DNA of 24,000 nt from Escherichia coli O157. GTDB lineage: Bacteria > Pseudomonadota > Gammaproteobacteria > Enterobacterales > Enterobacteriaceae. The DNA lies in the NCBI RefSeq assembly GCF_008727195.1, contig NZ_CP044148.1; one strand, 5' to 3'. The translations under genes were made by a program, and so were the position numbers. Each line of letters begins with the position of its first letter. The first letter of the stretch is position 1. Below, piece after piece: positions 1-10,172 of the stretch. The notes under the pieces were generated by a model. That model did not search any database and was not told the DNA's origin. It was given only the letters and a program-made list of their open reading frames with translations.

Positions 1-2
1 GC

Positions 3-140
3 ATCTGGCTTGCCTTAGCTGGTCAATGCGGGGACTCTCCTGTCTACTCGCCTAATTACCAAACAATTCACTCCCTTTACGTCGATTTACCGCTGGTTGA
101 TATTCTGAAAATGCATTTTTACCGAAATAGCCACCTATAA
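3..140 (+). CDS. Possible 3' end of an unidentified gene entering from the left window edge
   Basis: The frame starting at nt 3 is open from the edge to TAA at 138-140 (..IWLALAGQCGDSPVYSPNYQTIHSLYVDLPLVDILKMHFYRNSHL*). It is less AT-rich than the spacer that follows. No start codon is visible and I recognise no family. Confidence 0.25.
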   Translation: MWLALAGQCGDSPVYSPNYQTIHSLYVDLPLVDILKMHFYRNSHL

Positions 141-508
141 ACAATAAAAATATATAGAAGATATCATTTATTAATTAACAAGCAGTTACGTCTCTTTTTT
201 TCGGATTTAATTGTGAAATTTTAATCATCATATTCATACAATAAATTATCTGTAAATTTTTTCCCAGACATGGTTTCTTTCATATTTGACATTTATTAAT
301 AATCATCATTAGAATCCACGAAAATAATATATTCATACAAACACAGACATCTTTTGAAACGAATGATACATTTTTATAATGAATGCTTAAAACAATATTT
401 AATCGACACACATCACTGTCATTAATGTAAAGCAACATAGATCACCAATAATACAATGGACAACTCTACCGGCATTGATCGCTGGGCGGAGGAAATAAGG
501 ATTTTTAC
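141..508 (+). promoter_or_regulatory. Very AT-rich non-coding region upstream of the adhesin operon; presumed promoter/silencing region
   Basis: About 370 nt of visibly AT-dominated sequence with no credible ORF. It ends in a GGAGG/TAAGGA ribosome-binding region (489-501) before the ATG at 509. AT-rich tracts of this kind are typical H-NS targets, but I did not map a promoter. Confidence 0.4.
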
Positions 509-1192
509 ATGAACTAGAAGAAGATTTTTTTCAGTGCTGTCACTGTTTCAGTTCTCTGCGCATTAACGGGATGTGACTACATTGAAGAAGGCAAGCCAGA
601 AAGTAGTTTATTGAAACAACAAGAAGAACATAACAATAAAATTGATCTACTTGAAAAACAACAAGCACAGCTAAAGAGTCAACTGGAAACTATTCAAAAA
701 CAACAAACTGGCATAATAAGCAGTACAAAGACTTTAACTCACGTAATTAAATCCGTTAAAGATCAACAAAACACTTTTATTTTTACCGAGTTTAACCCAG
801 CAAAAACGAAGTATTTCATCCTGAACAATGGTTCGGTGGCTTTAGCGGGTCGAGTTTTATCCATTGACGCCACAGAGAATGGCAGTGTTATTCATATTTC
901 ACTGGTCAACTTATTAAGTACACCTATCTCAAATATTGGTTTTAATGCGACATGGGGTGGTGAAAAACCTGTCGATGCCAAAGAGTTTGCCCGGTGGCAA
1001 CAATTACTTTTCAACACATCAATGAAATCCACATTGAAATTATTACCAGGTCAATGGCAAGACATTAATTTGACCCTGAAGGGTGTATCGCCCAATAACC
1101 TGGGATATCTGAAGTTAGCCATCAACATGGAAAATATTCAGTTCGACAATCTTCCCTCTGCTGAAAATCGGCAGAAAAGAAGCAAAAAATAA
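509..1192 (+). pseudogene. SadB-like inner-membrane lipoprotein (trimeric-autotransporter partner) with an in-frame TAG at codon 3
   Basis: ATG 509, AAC, TAG 515-517, then in the same frame KKIFFSAVTVSVLCALTGCDY. This is a textbook lipoprotein signal peptide: lipobox LTGC, Cys codon 572-574, Asp at +2 (575-577). It runs into the listed ORF 611..1192. The mature part is a Q/L-rich coiled-coil segment (LLEKQQAQLKSQLETIQKQQ) followed by a beta-rich domain. The gene lies directly upstream of a TAA gene, as sadB does for sadA in Salmonella. The family call rests on architecture and position, not on an alignment. Confidence 0.6.
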
Positions 1193-1235
1193 ATGCAGTT
1201 AGTACGCTTATAACAAGGAATAGCGAGCATCATTA

Positions 1236-4200
1236 ATGAACAAAATATTTAAAGTTATCTGGAACCCTGCGACAGGGAATTATACTGTTACCAGCGAAAC
1301 GGCAAAAAGCCGTGGCAAGAAATCTGGGCGCAGTAAGCTGTTAATTTCTGCGCTGGTTGCGGGTGGAATGTTGTCGTCGTTTGGGGCATTGGCGAATGCC
1401 GGGAATGACAACGGTCAGGGTGTTGATTACGGTAGTGGATCAGCTGGCGACGGCTGGGTTGCTATAGGCAAAGGGGCGAAAGCAAATACTTTTATGAACA
1501 CCAGTGGTTCCAGTACTGCTGTGGGTTATGACGCTATAGCTGAAGGCCAATATAGCTCTGCCATCGGGTCAAAAACCCATGCGATTGGTGGTGCATCAAT
1601 GGCCTTTGGGGTTAGTGCAATATCAGAAGGCGATAGAAGTATAGCACTGGGTGCCTCTTCGTATTCATTGGGCCAATACTCAATGGCCCTCGGCCGTTAT
1701 TCAAAAGCATTGGGTAAATTGTCTATTGCTATGGGGGACTCTTCCAAAGCGGAAGGAGCAAACGCCATTGCCCTGGGAAATGCCACTAAAGCTACTGAGA
1801 TTATGAGTATTGCTCTTGGCGACACCGCCAATGCGTCAAAAGCGTATTCAATGGCGCTGGGAGCAAGTAGCGTCGCATCTGAAGAAAACGCTATTGCGAT
1901 AGGTGCTGAGACCGAAGCCGCTGAAAATGCAACTGCTATTGGCAATAATGCGAAGGCAAAAGGGACTAATAGCATGGCAATGGGGTTCGGAAGCCTTGCC
2001 GATAAAGTCAATACTATCGCATTAGGAAATGGCAGCCAGGCTCTGGCAGATAATGCAATCGCCATAGGCCAGGGCAACAAAGCTGATGGCGTGGATGCCA
2101 TCGCTCTGGGTAATGGTAGCCAGTCGAGAGGCTTAAACACCATTGCCTTAGGCACAGCCAGTAATGCAACTGGTGATAAGAGTCTTGCGCTTGGTAGTAA
2201 TAGCAGTGCCAACGGTATTAACTCTGTCGCGCTGGGCGCAGATTCCATTGCGGATTTAGACAATACCGTCTCTGTCGGCAATAGTTCATTAAAACGCAAG
2301 ATCGTTAATGTGAAAAATGGCGCGATCAAGTCTGACAGTTACGATGCCATTAATGGTTCACAGCTTTATGCCATTAGCGACTCGGTAGCAAAAAGGCTTG
2401 GAGGAGGGGCTGCAGTAGATGTTGATGACGGTACTGTTACAGCACCAACCTACAATTTAAAAAATGGTAGCAAAAATAACGTAGGGGCTGCGCTCGCTGT
2501 ACTTGATGAAAACACCCTGCAATGGGACCAAACCAAAGGCAAATACAGCGCTGCTCATGGTACTAGTAGCCCAACTGCCAGCGTAATCACCGATGTTGCG
2601 GATGGCACGATTTCAGCCTCCAGTAAGGATGCGGTTAACGGTTCCCAACTGAAAGCTACCAATGACGATGTCGAAGCCAACACCGCCAATATCGCTACTA
2701 ATACCAGCAACATTGCCACGAATACGGCAAATATTGCCACCAATACCACCAATATCACCAACCTGACGGATTCCGTTGGTGACCTTCAGGCTGATGCCCT
2801 GCTCTGGAACGAAACTAAAAAGGCATTCAGTGCAGCTCACGGCCAGGATACCACCAGCAAAATCACCAACGTTAAAGATGCCGACCTGACGGCTGACAGC
2901 ACTGATGCTGTTAACGGCTCTCAGCTGAAAACCACCAACGATGCTGTGGCGACGAATACCACCAATATCGCCAATAACACTTCCAATATTGCCACTAACA
3001 CCACCAACATCTCTAACCTGACTGAGACGGTGACTAATCTTGGTGAGGATGCGCTGAAATGGGATAAGGACAATGGTGTATTCACGGCAGCTCATGGCAC
3101 CGAGACCACCAGCAAAATCACCAACGTTAAAGATGGCGACCTGACGACTGGCAGCACCGATGCCGTTAACGGCTCTCAGCTGAAAACCACCAACGATGCC
3201 GTGGCGACGAATACCACCAATATCGCCACTAACACCACCAACATCTCTAATCTGACTGAGACGGTGACTAATCTTGGTGAGGATGCGCTGAAATGGGATA
3301 AGGACAATGGTGTCTTCACTGCAGCTCATGGCAACAATACCGCCAGCAAAATCACCAATATCCTGGACGGCACAGTCACTGCAACCAGTTCCGATGCCAT
3401 TAACGGTAGCCAGCTTTATGACTTAAGCAGCAATATCGCCACCTACTTCGGCGGCAATGCTTCTGTGAATACTGACGGTGTGTTTACCGGTCCAACCTAC
3501 AAAATCGGTGAAACAAATTATTATAACGTCGGCGATGCACTGGCTGCGATTAACTCCTCATTTAGCACGTCTCTCGGCGATGCTCTGCTTTGGGATGCCA
3601 CCGCAGGTAAATTCAGTGCCAAACACGGTACTAATGGTGACGCAAGCGTGATCACTGATGTCGCAGATGGTGAAATTTCAGACTCCAGTTCTGACGCAGT
3701 AAACGGCTCACAACTCCACGGCGTGAGCAGTTATGTTGTTGATGCGCTGGGGGTGGTGCCGAAGTCAATGCAGACGGCACCATCACTGCGCCGACGTACA
3801 CCATTGCTAATGCTGATTACGATAATGTCGGTGATGCCCTGAATGCTATCGATACCACTCTTGACGACGCTCTGCTCTGGGATGCGGACGCCGGTGAAAA
3901 TGGTGCATTTAGCGCCGCTCACGGAAAAGATAAAACTGCCAGTGTAATCACTAACGTCGCTAACGGTGCAATCTCTGCTGCCAGCAGCGACGCGATTAAC
4001 GGCTCACAACTCTATACCACCAATAAGTACATCGCTGATGCGCTGGGTGGTGACGCAGAAGTCAACGCTGACGGCACCATCACCGCACCGACTTACACCA
4101 TTGCGAACGCCGAGTACAACAACGTCGGTGACGCCCTGGATGCGCTTGATGATAACGCCCTGCTGTGGGATGAGACTGCCAATGGCGGTGCTGGAGCCTA

Positions 4201-6001
4201 CAATGCCAGCCATGACGGTAAAGCCAGCATCATCACTAATGTCGCTAATGGCAGTATTAGTGAGGACAGTACCGATGCAGTGAACGGTTCTCAGTTGAAT
4301 GCGACGAATATGATGATTGAGCAGAACACCCAAATTATCAATCAGCTCGCTGGTAACACCGACGCAACCTATATCCAAGAAAACGGTGCGGGTATTAACT
4401 ATGTGCGTACTAACGACGACGGCTTAGCGTTCAACGACGCCAGCGCACAGGGTGTTGGCGCTACAGCTATAGGTTATAACTCTGTCGCCAAAGGCGATAG
4501 CAGCGTAGCTATTGGTCAGGGCAGCTACAGCGACGTTGATACGGGTATCGCCCTGGGTAGCAGCTCTGTTTCCAGCCGAGTGATTGCCAAAGGCTCCCGT
4601 GACACCAGCATAACGGAAAATGGCGTTGTTATTGGTTACGACACCACGGATGGCGAACTGCTCGGTGCATTGTCTATCGGTGATGACGGTAAATATCGTC
4701 AAATCATCAACGTAGCCGATGGTTCCGAAGCCCATGACGCCGTTACGGTTCGTCAATTGCAGAATGCGATTGGTGCGGTCGCAACCACGCCGACTAAATA
4801 CTTCCACGCTAATTCAACGGAAGAAGATTCACTGGCAGTGGGAACTGACTCGCTGGCAATGGGTGCGAAAACCATCGTGAATGGCGATAAAGGTATTGGT
4901 ATCGGTTATGGTGCCTACGTGGACGCGAATGCACTTAACGGCATTGCCATTGGTAGCAATGCGCAAGTCATTCATGTCAACAGTATTGCGATAGGTAATG
5001 GTTCTACGACCACTCGTGGCGCTCAAACCAATTATACCGCCTACAACATGGACGCACCGCAGAACTCTGTCGGTGAATTCTCAGTCGGTAGTGCGGATGG
5101 TCAACGTCAGATCACTAACGTCGCAGCAGGTTCGGCTGATACCGATGCGGTCAACGTGGGTCAGTTGAAAGTAACGGATGCGCAGGTTTCCCAGAATACC
5201 CAGAGCATTACTAACCTGGATAATCGGGTAACGAATCTTGATTCACGCGTCACCAATATCGAAAACGGTATTGGCGATATCGTCACCACCGGTAGCACCA
5301 AGTACTTCAAGACCAATACCGATGGTGTAGATGCCAGCGCGCAGGGTAAAGATAGCGTCGCGATTGGTTCCGGCTCCATTGCTGCCGCTGACAACAGCGT
5401 CGCTCTGGGTACAGGGTCTGTGGCAACCGAAGAAAATACGATCTCTGTAGGTTCCTCTACTAACCAACGTCGTATCACCAACGTAGCTGCAGGTAAAAAT
5501 GCTACCGATGCTGTTAACGTGGCACAGTTGAAGTCTTCCGAAGCTGGCGGTGTACGTTACGACACCAAAGCTGATGGTTCTATCGACTATAGCAATATCA
5601 CCCTCGGTGGCGGCAACGGCGGTACGACTCGTATCAGCAACGTCTCCGCTGGCGTCAACAACAACGACGTGGTGAATTACGCGCAGTTGAAGCAAAGCGT
5701 GCAGGAAACGAAGCAATACACCGATCAGCGAATGGTTGAGATGGATAACAAACTGTCTAAAACTGAAAGCAAGTTGAGCGGTGGTATCGCTTCTGCAATG
5801 GCAATGACCGGTCTGCCGCAGGCTTACACTCCAGGTGCCAGCATGGCCTCTATTGGTGGCGGTACTTACAACGGTGAATCGGCAGTTGCTTTAGGTGTAT
5901 CGATGGTGAGCGCCAATGGTCGTTGGGTCTACAAATTACAAGGTAGTACCAATAGCCAGGGTGAATACTCCGCCGCACTCGGTGCCGGTATTCAGTGGTA
6001 A
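1236..6001 (+). pseudogene. ehaG: Trimeric autotransporter adhesin, YadA family (EhaG/UpaG type), interrupted by a 1-nt frameshift at 3749-3753
   Basis: The N-terminus has an extended autotransporter signal peptide ([21 protein letters not shown]...SFGALA). YadA-like head repeats follow (SxAxGxxAxA units, ~1450-2280 and ~4440-5000). Repeated neck motifs are present (..VNGSQL.., [21 protein letters not shown]). Stalk heptads have the form NTxNIAT. The C-terminus is a YadA membrane anchor ending ..[16 protein letters not shown] 1236..3842 and ORF 4280..6001 are joined by an open stretch in the latter's frame from ~3752. Confidence 0.88.
2634..3398 (+). repeat. Three tandem coding modules inside the adhesin stalk (276, 255 and 234 nt) differing by whole 21-nt heptad units
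   Basis: Each module begins at GTTAACGG (2634, 2910, 3165), and the next begins at ATTAACGG 3399. The heptad NTxNIA(T) count is 4 ([28 protein letters not shown]), then 3, then 2. Modules 2 and 3 differ at only about 4 positions over roughly 170 shared nt, by eye. Confidence 0.85.
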
Positions 6002-6042
6002 TGATCCATTAAGTTAGTGTGACTAAGGGCAAACGCCAAATT

Positions 6043-6068
6043 GCCTGATGCGTTACGCGCATCAGGCA
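6043..6068. repeat. REP-type palindromic unit
   Basis: GCCTGATGCG-ttac-GCGCATCAGGC is an inverted repeat matching the familiar enterobacterial REP core, in the spacer after the adhesin gene. Confidence 0.7.
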
Positions 6069-6097
6069 AGATAAGGCGCTCCGGGTCAACAATCTAA

Positions 6098-6131
6098 GGG
6101 CAATTCTCTGATGAGGATTGCCCTTTTCTTT
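6098..6131 (+). terminator. Rho-independent terminator downstream of the adhesin operon
   Basis: Stem GGGCAAT (6098-6104) pairs with ATTGCCC (6117-6123), followed by TTTTCTTT. Confidence 0.7.
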
Positions 6132-6153
6132 ACCAGACATCTCCCCCCACAAG

Positions 6154-6170
6154 AATTGGCCCTACCAATT
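6154..6170. promoter_or_regulatory. LldR operator O1 candidate upstream of lldP
   Basis: AATTGGCCCTACCAATT is an inverted repeat (AATTGG..CCAATT). A related half-palindrome lies 126 bp downstream. This matches my recollection of a two-operator arrangement for lldPRD with sites near -97 and +30. Confidence 0.6.
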
Positions 6171-6279
6171 CTTCGCTTATCTGACCTCTGGTTCACAATT
6201 CCCCAATTAAAACTCACATCAATATTGCCAATACATAACATTTAGTTAACCATTCATTGTCATTATCCCTACACAACAC

Positions 6280-6296
6280 AATTGGCAGTGCCACTT
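6280..6296. promoter_or_regulatory. LldR operator O2 candidate
   Basis: AATTGGCAGTGCCACTT shares its left half with the 6154-6170 site. The centre-to-centre distance is 126 bp. Confidence 0.5.
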
Positions 6297-6368
6297 TTAC
6301 ACAACGTGTGACAAGGAGATGAGCAACAGACTCATTACACGATGTGCGTGGACTCCAGGAGACCTGCA

Positions 6369-8024
6369 ATGAATCTCTGGCAACAAAACTACGATCCCGC
6401 CGGGAATATCTGGCTTTCCAGTTTGATAGCATCGCTTCCCATCCTGTTTTTCTTCTTTGCGCTGATTAAGCTCAAACTGAAAGGATACGTCGCCGCCTCA
6501 TGGACGGTAGCAATCGCCCTTGCCGTGGCTTTGCTGTTCTATAAAATGCCGGTCGCTAACGCGCTGGCCTCGGTGGTTTATGGCTTCTTCTATGGTTTGT
6601 GGCCCATCGCGTGGATCATTATTGCAGCAGTGTTCGTCTATAAGATCTCGGTGAAAACCGGGCAGTTTGACATCATTCGCTCGTCTATTCTTTCGATAAC
6701 CCCTGACCAGCGTCTGCAAATGCTGATCGTCGGTTTCTGTTTCGGCGCTTTCCTTGAAGGAGCCGCAGGCTTTGGCGCACCGGTAGCAATTACCGCCGCA
6801 TTGCTGGTCGGCCTGGGTTTTAAACCGCTGTACGCCGCCGGACTGTGCCTGATTGTTAACACCGCGCCAGTGGCATTTGGCGCGATGGGCATTCCAATCC
6901 TGGTTGCCGGACAAGTAACAGGCATCGACAGCTTTGAGATTGGCCAGATGGTGGGGCGGCAGCTACCGTTTATGACCATTATCGTGCTGTTCTGGATCAT
7001 GGCGATTATGGACGGCTGGCGCGGTATCAAGGAGACGTGGCCTGCGGTCGTGGTTGCGGGCGGCTCGTTTGCCATCGCTCAGTACCTTAGCTCTAACTTC
7101 ATTGGGCCGGAGCTGCCGGACATTATCTCTTCGCTGGTATCACTGCTCTGCCTGACGCTGTTCCTCAAACGCTGGCAGCCAGTGCGCGTATTCCGTTTTG
7201 GTGATTTGGGGGCGTCACAGGTTGATATGACGCTAGCCCACACCGGTTACACTGCGGGTCAGGTGTTACGTGCCTGGACACCGTTCCTGTTCCTGACAGC
7301 TACCGTAACACTGTGGAGTATCCCGCCGTTTAAAGCCCTGTTCGCATCGGGTGGCGCGCTGTATGAGTGGGTGATCAACATTCCGGTGCCGTACCTCGAT
7401 AAACTGGTTGCCCGTATGCCGCCAGTGGTCAGCGAGGCTACAGCCTATGCCGCCGTGTTTAAGTTTGACTGGTTCTCTGCCACCGGCACCGCCATTCTGT
7501 TTGCTGCACTGCTCTCGATTGTCTGGCTGAAGATGAAACCGTCTGACGCTATCAGCACCTTCGGCAGCACGCTGAAAGAACTGGCTCTACCCATCTACTC
7601 CATCGGCATGGTGCTGGCGTTCGCCTTTATCTCGAACTATTCCGGACTGTCATCAACACTGGCACTGGCACTGGCGCACACCGGTCATGCATTCACCTTC
7701 TTCTCGCCGTTCCTCGGCTGGCTGGGGGTATTCCTGACCGGGTCGGATACCTCATCTAACGCCCTGTTCGCCGCGCTGCAAGCCACCGCAGCACAACAAA
7801 TTGGCGTCTCTGATCTGTTGCTGGTTGCCGCCAATACCACCGGTGGCGTCACCGGTAAGATGATCTCCCCGCAATCTATCGCTATCGCCTGTGCGGCGGT
7901 AGGCCTGGTGGGCAAAGAGTCTGATTTGTTCCGCTTTACTGTCAAACACAGCCTGATCTTCACCTGTATGGTGGGCGTGATCACCACGCTTCAGGCTTAT
8001 GTCTTAACGTGGATGATTCCTTAA
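6369..8024 (+). CDS. lldP: L-lactate permease (LctP family)
   Basis: The 551-aa polytopic membrane protein starts [18 protein letters not shown], which I recognise as E. coli LldP. I chose the ATG at 6369 inside the longer listed ORF (6342). It is followed by lldR and lldD. Confidence 0.95.
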
Positions 8025-8800
8025 TGATTGTTTTACCCAGACGCCTGTCAGACGAGGTTGCCGATCGTGTGCGGGCGCTGATTGATGAAAAAAACCTGGA
8101 AGCGGGCATGAAGTTGCCCGCTGAGCGCCAACTGGCGATGCAACTCGGCGTATCACGTAATTCACTACGCGAGGCGCTGGCAAAACTGGTGAGCGAAGGC
8201 GTGCTGCTCAGTCGACGCGGCGGCGGGACGTTTATTCGCTGGCGTCATGACACATGGTCGGAGCAAAACATCGTCCAGCCGCTAAAAACGCTGATGGCCG
8301 ATGATCCGGATTACAGTTTCGATATTCTGGAAGCCCGCTACGCCATTGAAGCCAGCACCGCATGGCATGCGGCAATGCGCGCCACACCTGGCGACAAAGA
8401 AAAGATTCAGCTTTGCTTTGAAGCAACGCTAAGTGAAGACCCGGATATCGCCTCACAAGCGGACGTTCGTTTTCATCTGGCGATTGCCGAAGCCTCACAT
8501 AACATCGTGCTGCTGCAAACCATACGCGGTTTCTTCGATGTCCTGCAATCCTCAGTGAAGCATAGCCGTCAGCGGATGTATCTGGTGCCACCGGTTTTTT
8601 CACAACTGACCGAACAACATCAGGCTGTCATTGACGCCATTTTTGCTGGTGATGCCGACGGGGCGCGTAAAGCAATGATGGCGCACCTTAGTTTTGTTCA
8701 CACCACCATGAAACGATTCGATGAAGATCAGGCTCGCCACGCACGGATTACCCGCCTGCCCGGTGAGCATAATGAGCATTCGAGGGAGAAAAACGCATGA
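8024..8800 (+). CDS. lldR: GntR/FadR-family transcriptional regulator of lactate utilisation
   Basis: The 258-aa protein starts [20 protein letters not shown] and has an N-terminal winged HTH ([22 protein letters not shown]). Its ATG overlaps the lldP stop (TAATG, 8022-8026). Confidence 0.93.
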
Positions 8801-9987
8801 TTATTTCCGCAGCCAGCGATTATCGCGCCGCAGCGCAACGCATTCTGCCGCCGTTCCTGTTCCACTATATGGATGGTGGTGCATATTCTGAATACACGCT
8901 GCGCCGCAACGTGGAAGATTTGTCAGAAGTGGCACTGCGCCAGCGTATTCTGAAAAACATGTCTGACTTAAGCCTGGAAACGACGCTGTTTAATGAGAAA
9001 TTGTCGATGCCGGTAGCACTGGCACCGGTGGGTTTGTGTGGCATGTATGCGCGTCGTGGCGAAGTTCAGGCAGCCAAAGCGGCGGACGCGCATGGCATTC
9101 CGTTTACTCTCTCAACGGTTTCCGTTTGCCCGATTGAAGAAGTCGCGCCAGCCATCAAGCGCCCAATGTGGTTCCAGCTTTATGTACTGCGCGATCGCGG
9201 CTTTATGCGTAACGCGCTGGAGCGAGCAAAAGCAGCGGGTTGTTCGACGCTGGTTTTCACCGTGGATATGCCGACACCGGGAGCGCGTTATCGTGATGCG
9301 CATTCTGGGATGAGCGGCCCAAATGCGGCAATGCGCCGCTACTTGCAAGCGGTGACGCATCCGCAATGGGCGTGGGATGTGGGCCTGAACGGTCGTCCGC
9401 ATGATTTAGGTAATATTTCGGCTTACCTCGGCAAACCGACCGGACTGGAAGATTACATCGGCTGGCTGGGGAATAACTTCGATCCGTCCATCTCATGGAA
9501 AGACCTTGAGTGGATCCGCGATTTCTGGGATGGCCCGATGGTGATCAAAGGGATCCTCGATCCGGAAGATGCGCGCGATGCAGTACGTTTTGGTGCTGAT
9601 GGGATTGTAGTTTCTAACCACGGTGGCCGCCAGCTGGACGGTGTACTCTCTTCCGCTCGTGCGTTGCCCGCTATTGCAGATGCGGTGAAAGGTGATATCG
9701 CCATTCTGGCGGATAGCGGAATTCGTAACGGGCTTGATGTCGTGCGTATGATTGCGCTCGGTGCCGACACCGTACTGCTGGGTCGTGCTTTCCTGTATGC
9801 GCTGGCAACAGCGGGCCAGGCGGGTGTAGCTAACCTGCTAAATCTGATCGAGAAAGAGATGAAAGTGGCAATGACGCTGACTGGCGCGAAATCGATCAGT
9901 GAAATTACGCAAGATTCGCTGGTGCAGGGGCTGGGTAAAGAGTTGCCTACGGCACTGGCTCCGATGGCGAAAGGGAATGCGGCATAG
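8797..9987 (+). CDS. lldD: FMN-dependent L-lactate dehydrogenase
   Basis: The 396-aa alpha-hydroxyacid dehydrogenase carries the SNHGGRQLD motif. ATGA overlap with the lldR stop (8797-8800). Confidence 0.96.
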
Positions 9988-9996
9988 TCGTTTGAG

Positions 9997-10120
9997 CCCC
10001 CTCACCCTAACCCTCTCCCTCAGGGAGTGGGGACCGTTCGGCGCTGTATGTACTCCCTCACTCTGAAACGACACCGCACTCTTTTTTTCTCCCTCGCCCC
10101 TCCGGGGTGAGGGGAAAAGG
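9997..10120. repeat. GC-rich imperfect palindromic intergenic repeats (CCCTC/GAGGG type, boxC-like from memory)
   Basis: Unit 1 is CCCCCTCACCCTAACCCTCTCCCTCAGGGAGTGGGG (core CTCCCT-c-AGGGAG, 10015-10027). Unit 2 is TCTCCCTCGCCCCTCCGGGGTGAGGGG (CCCCTC 10097-10102 pairs with GAGGGG 10109-10114). The family name is from memory only. Confidence 0.4.
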
Positions 10121-10172
10121 CCGCACTGCTCACCAATTTTCTGCTATCCTGCCCCCGCACTAAGGGGGCAGT

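Noticed and set aside
443-480. Two GATC sites 34 bp apart just upstream of the lipoprotein start, suggesting a Dam/OxyR- or Dam/Lrp-type phase switch as for other E. coli adhesins
   Set aside because: The surrounding sequence does not fit the OxyR ATAG-N7-CTAT pattern, and I could not recognise an Lrp-site arrangement. Two GATCs in ~500 bp is close to random expectation.
2676-3260. 21-nt tandem units that might look like a CRISPR array or a non-coding VNTR
   Set aside because: The units are contiguous with no spacers. They are in frame and encode the NTxNIA(T) coiled-coil heptads of the adhesin stalk.
1697-5716. Many extra ORFs inside the adhesin gene (minus-strand 1697-2329, 2613-3329, 4004-4378, 5243-5716 and others, plus the + ORF 3966-4283)
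   Set aside because: All overlap the repetitive Ala/Gly/Asn/Thr-rich adhesin coding frame, whose biased codons leave other frames open. ORF 3966..4283 is the old frame of 1236..3842 read past the frameshift, and its text is not adhesin-like.
7895-7902. GGCGGTAG, the 8-nt core of the RfaH ops element, on the non-template strand inside lldP
   Set aside because: The following bases (GCCT) do not fit the extended ops element as I remember it. The site is deep in a CDS rather than in a leader. A single 8-mer hit in 24 kb is within chance expectation.
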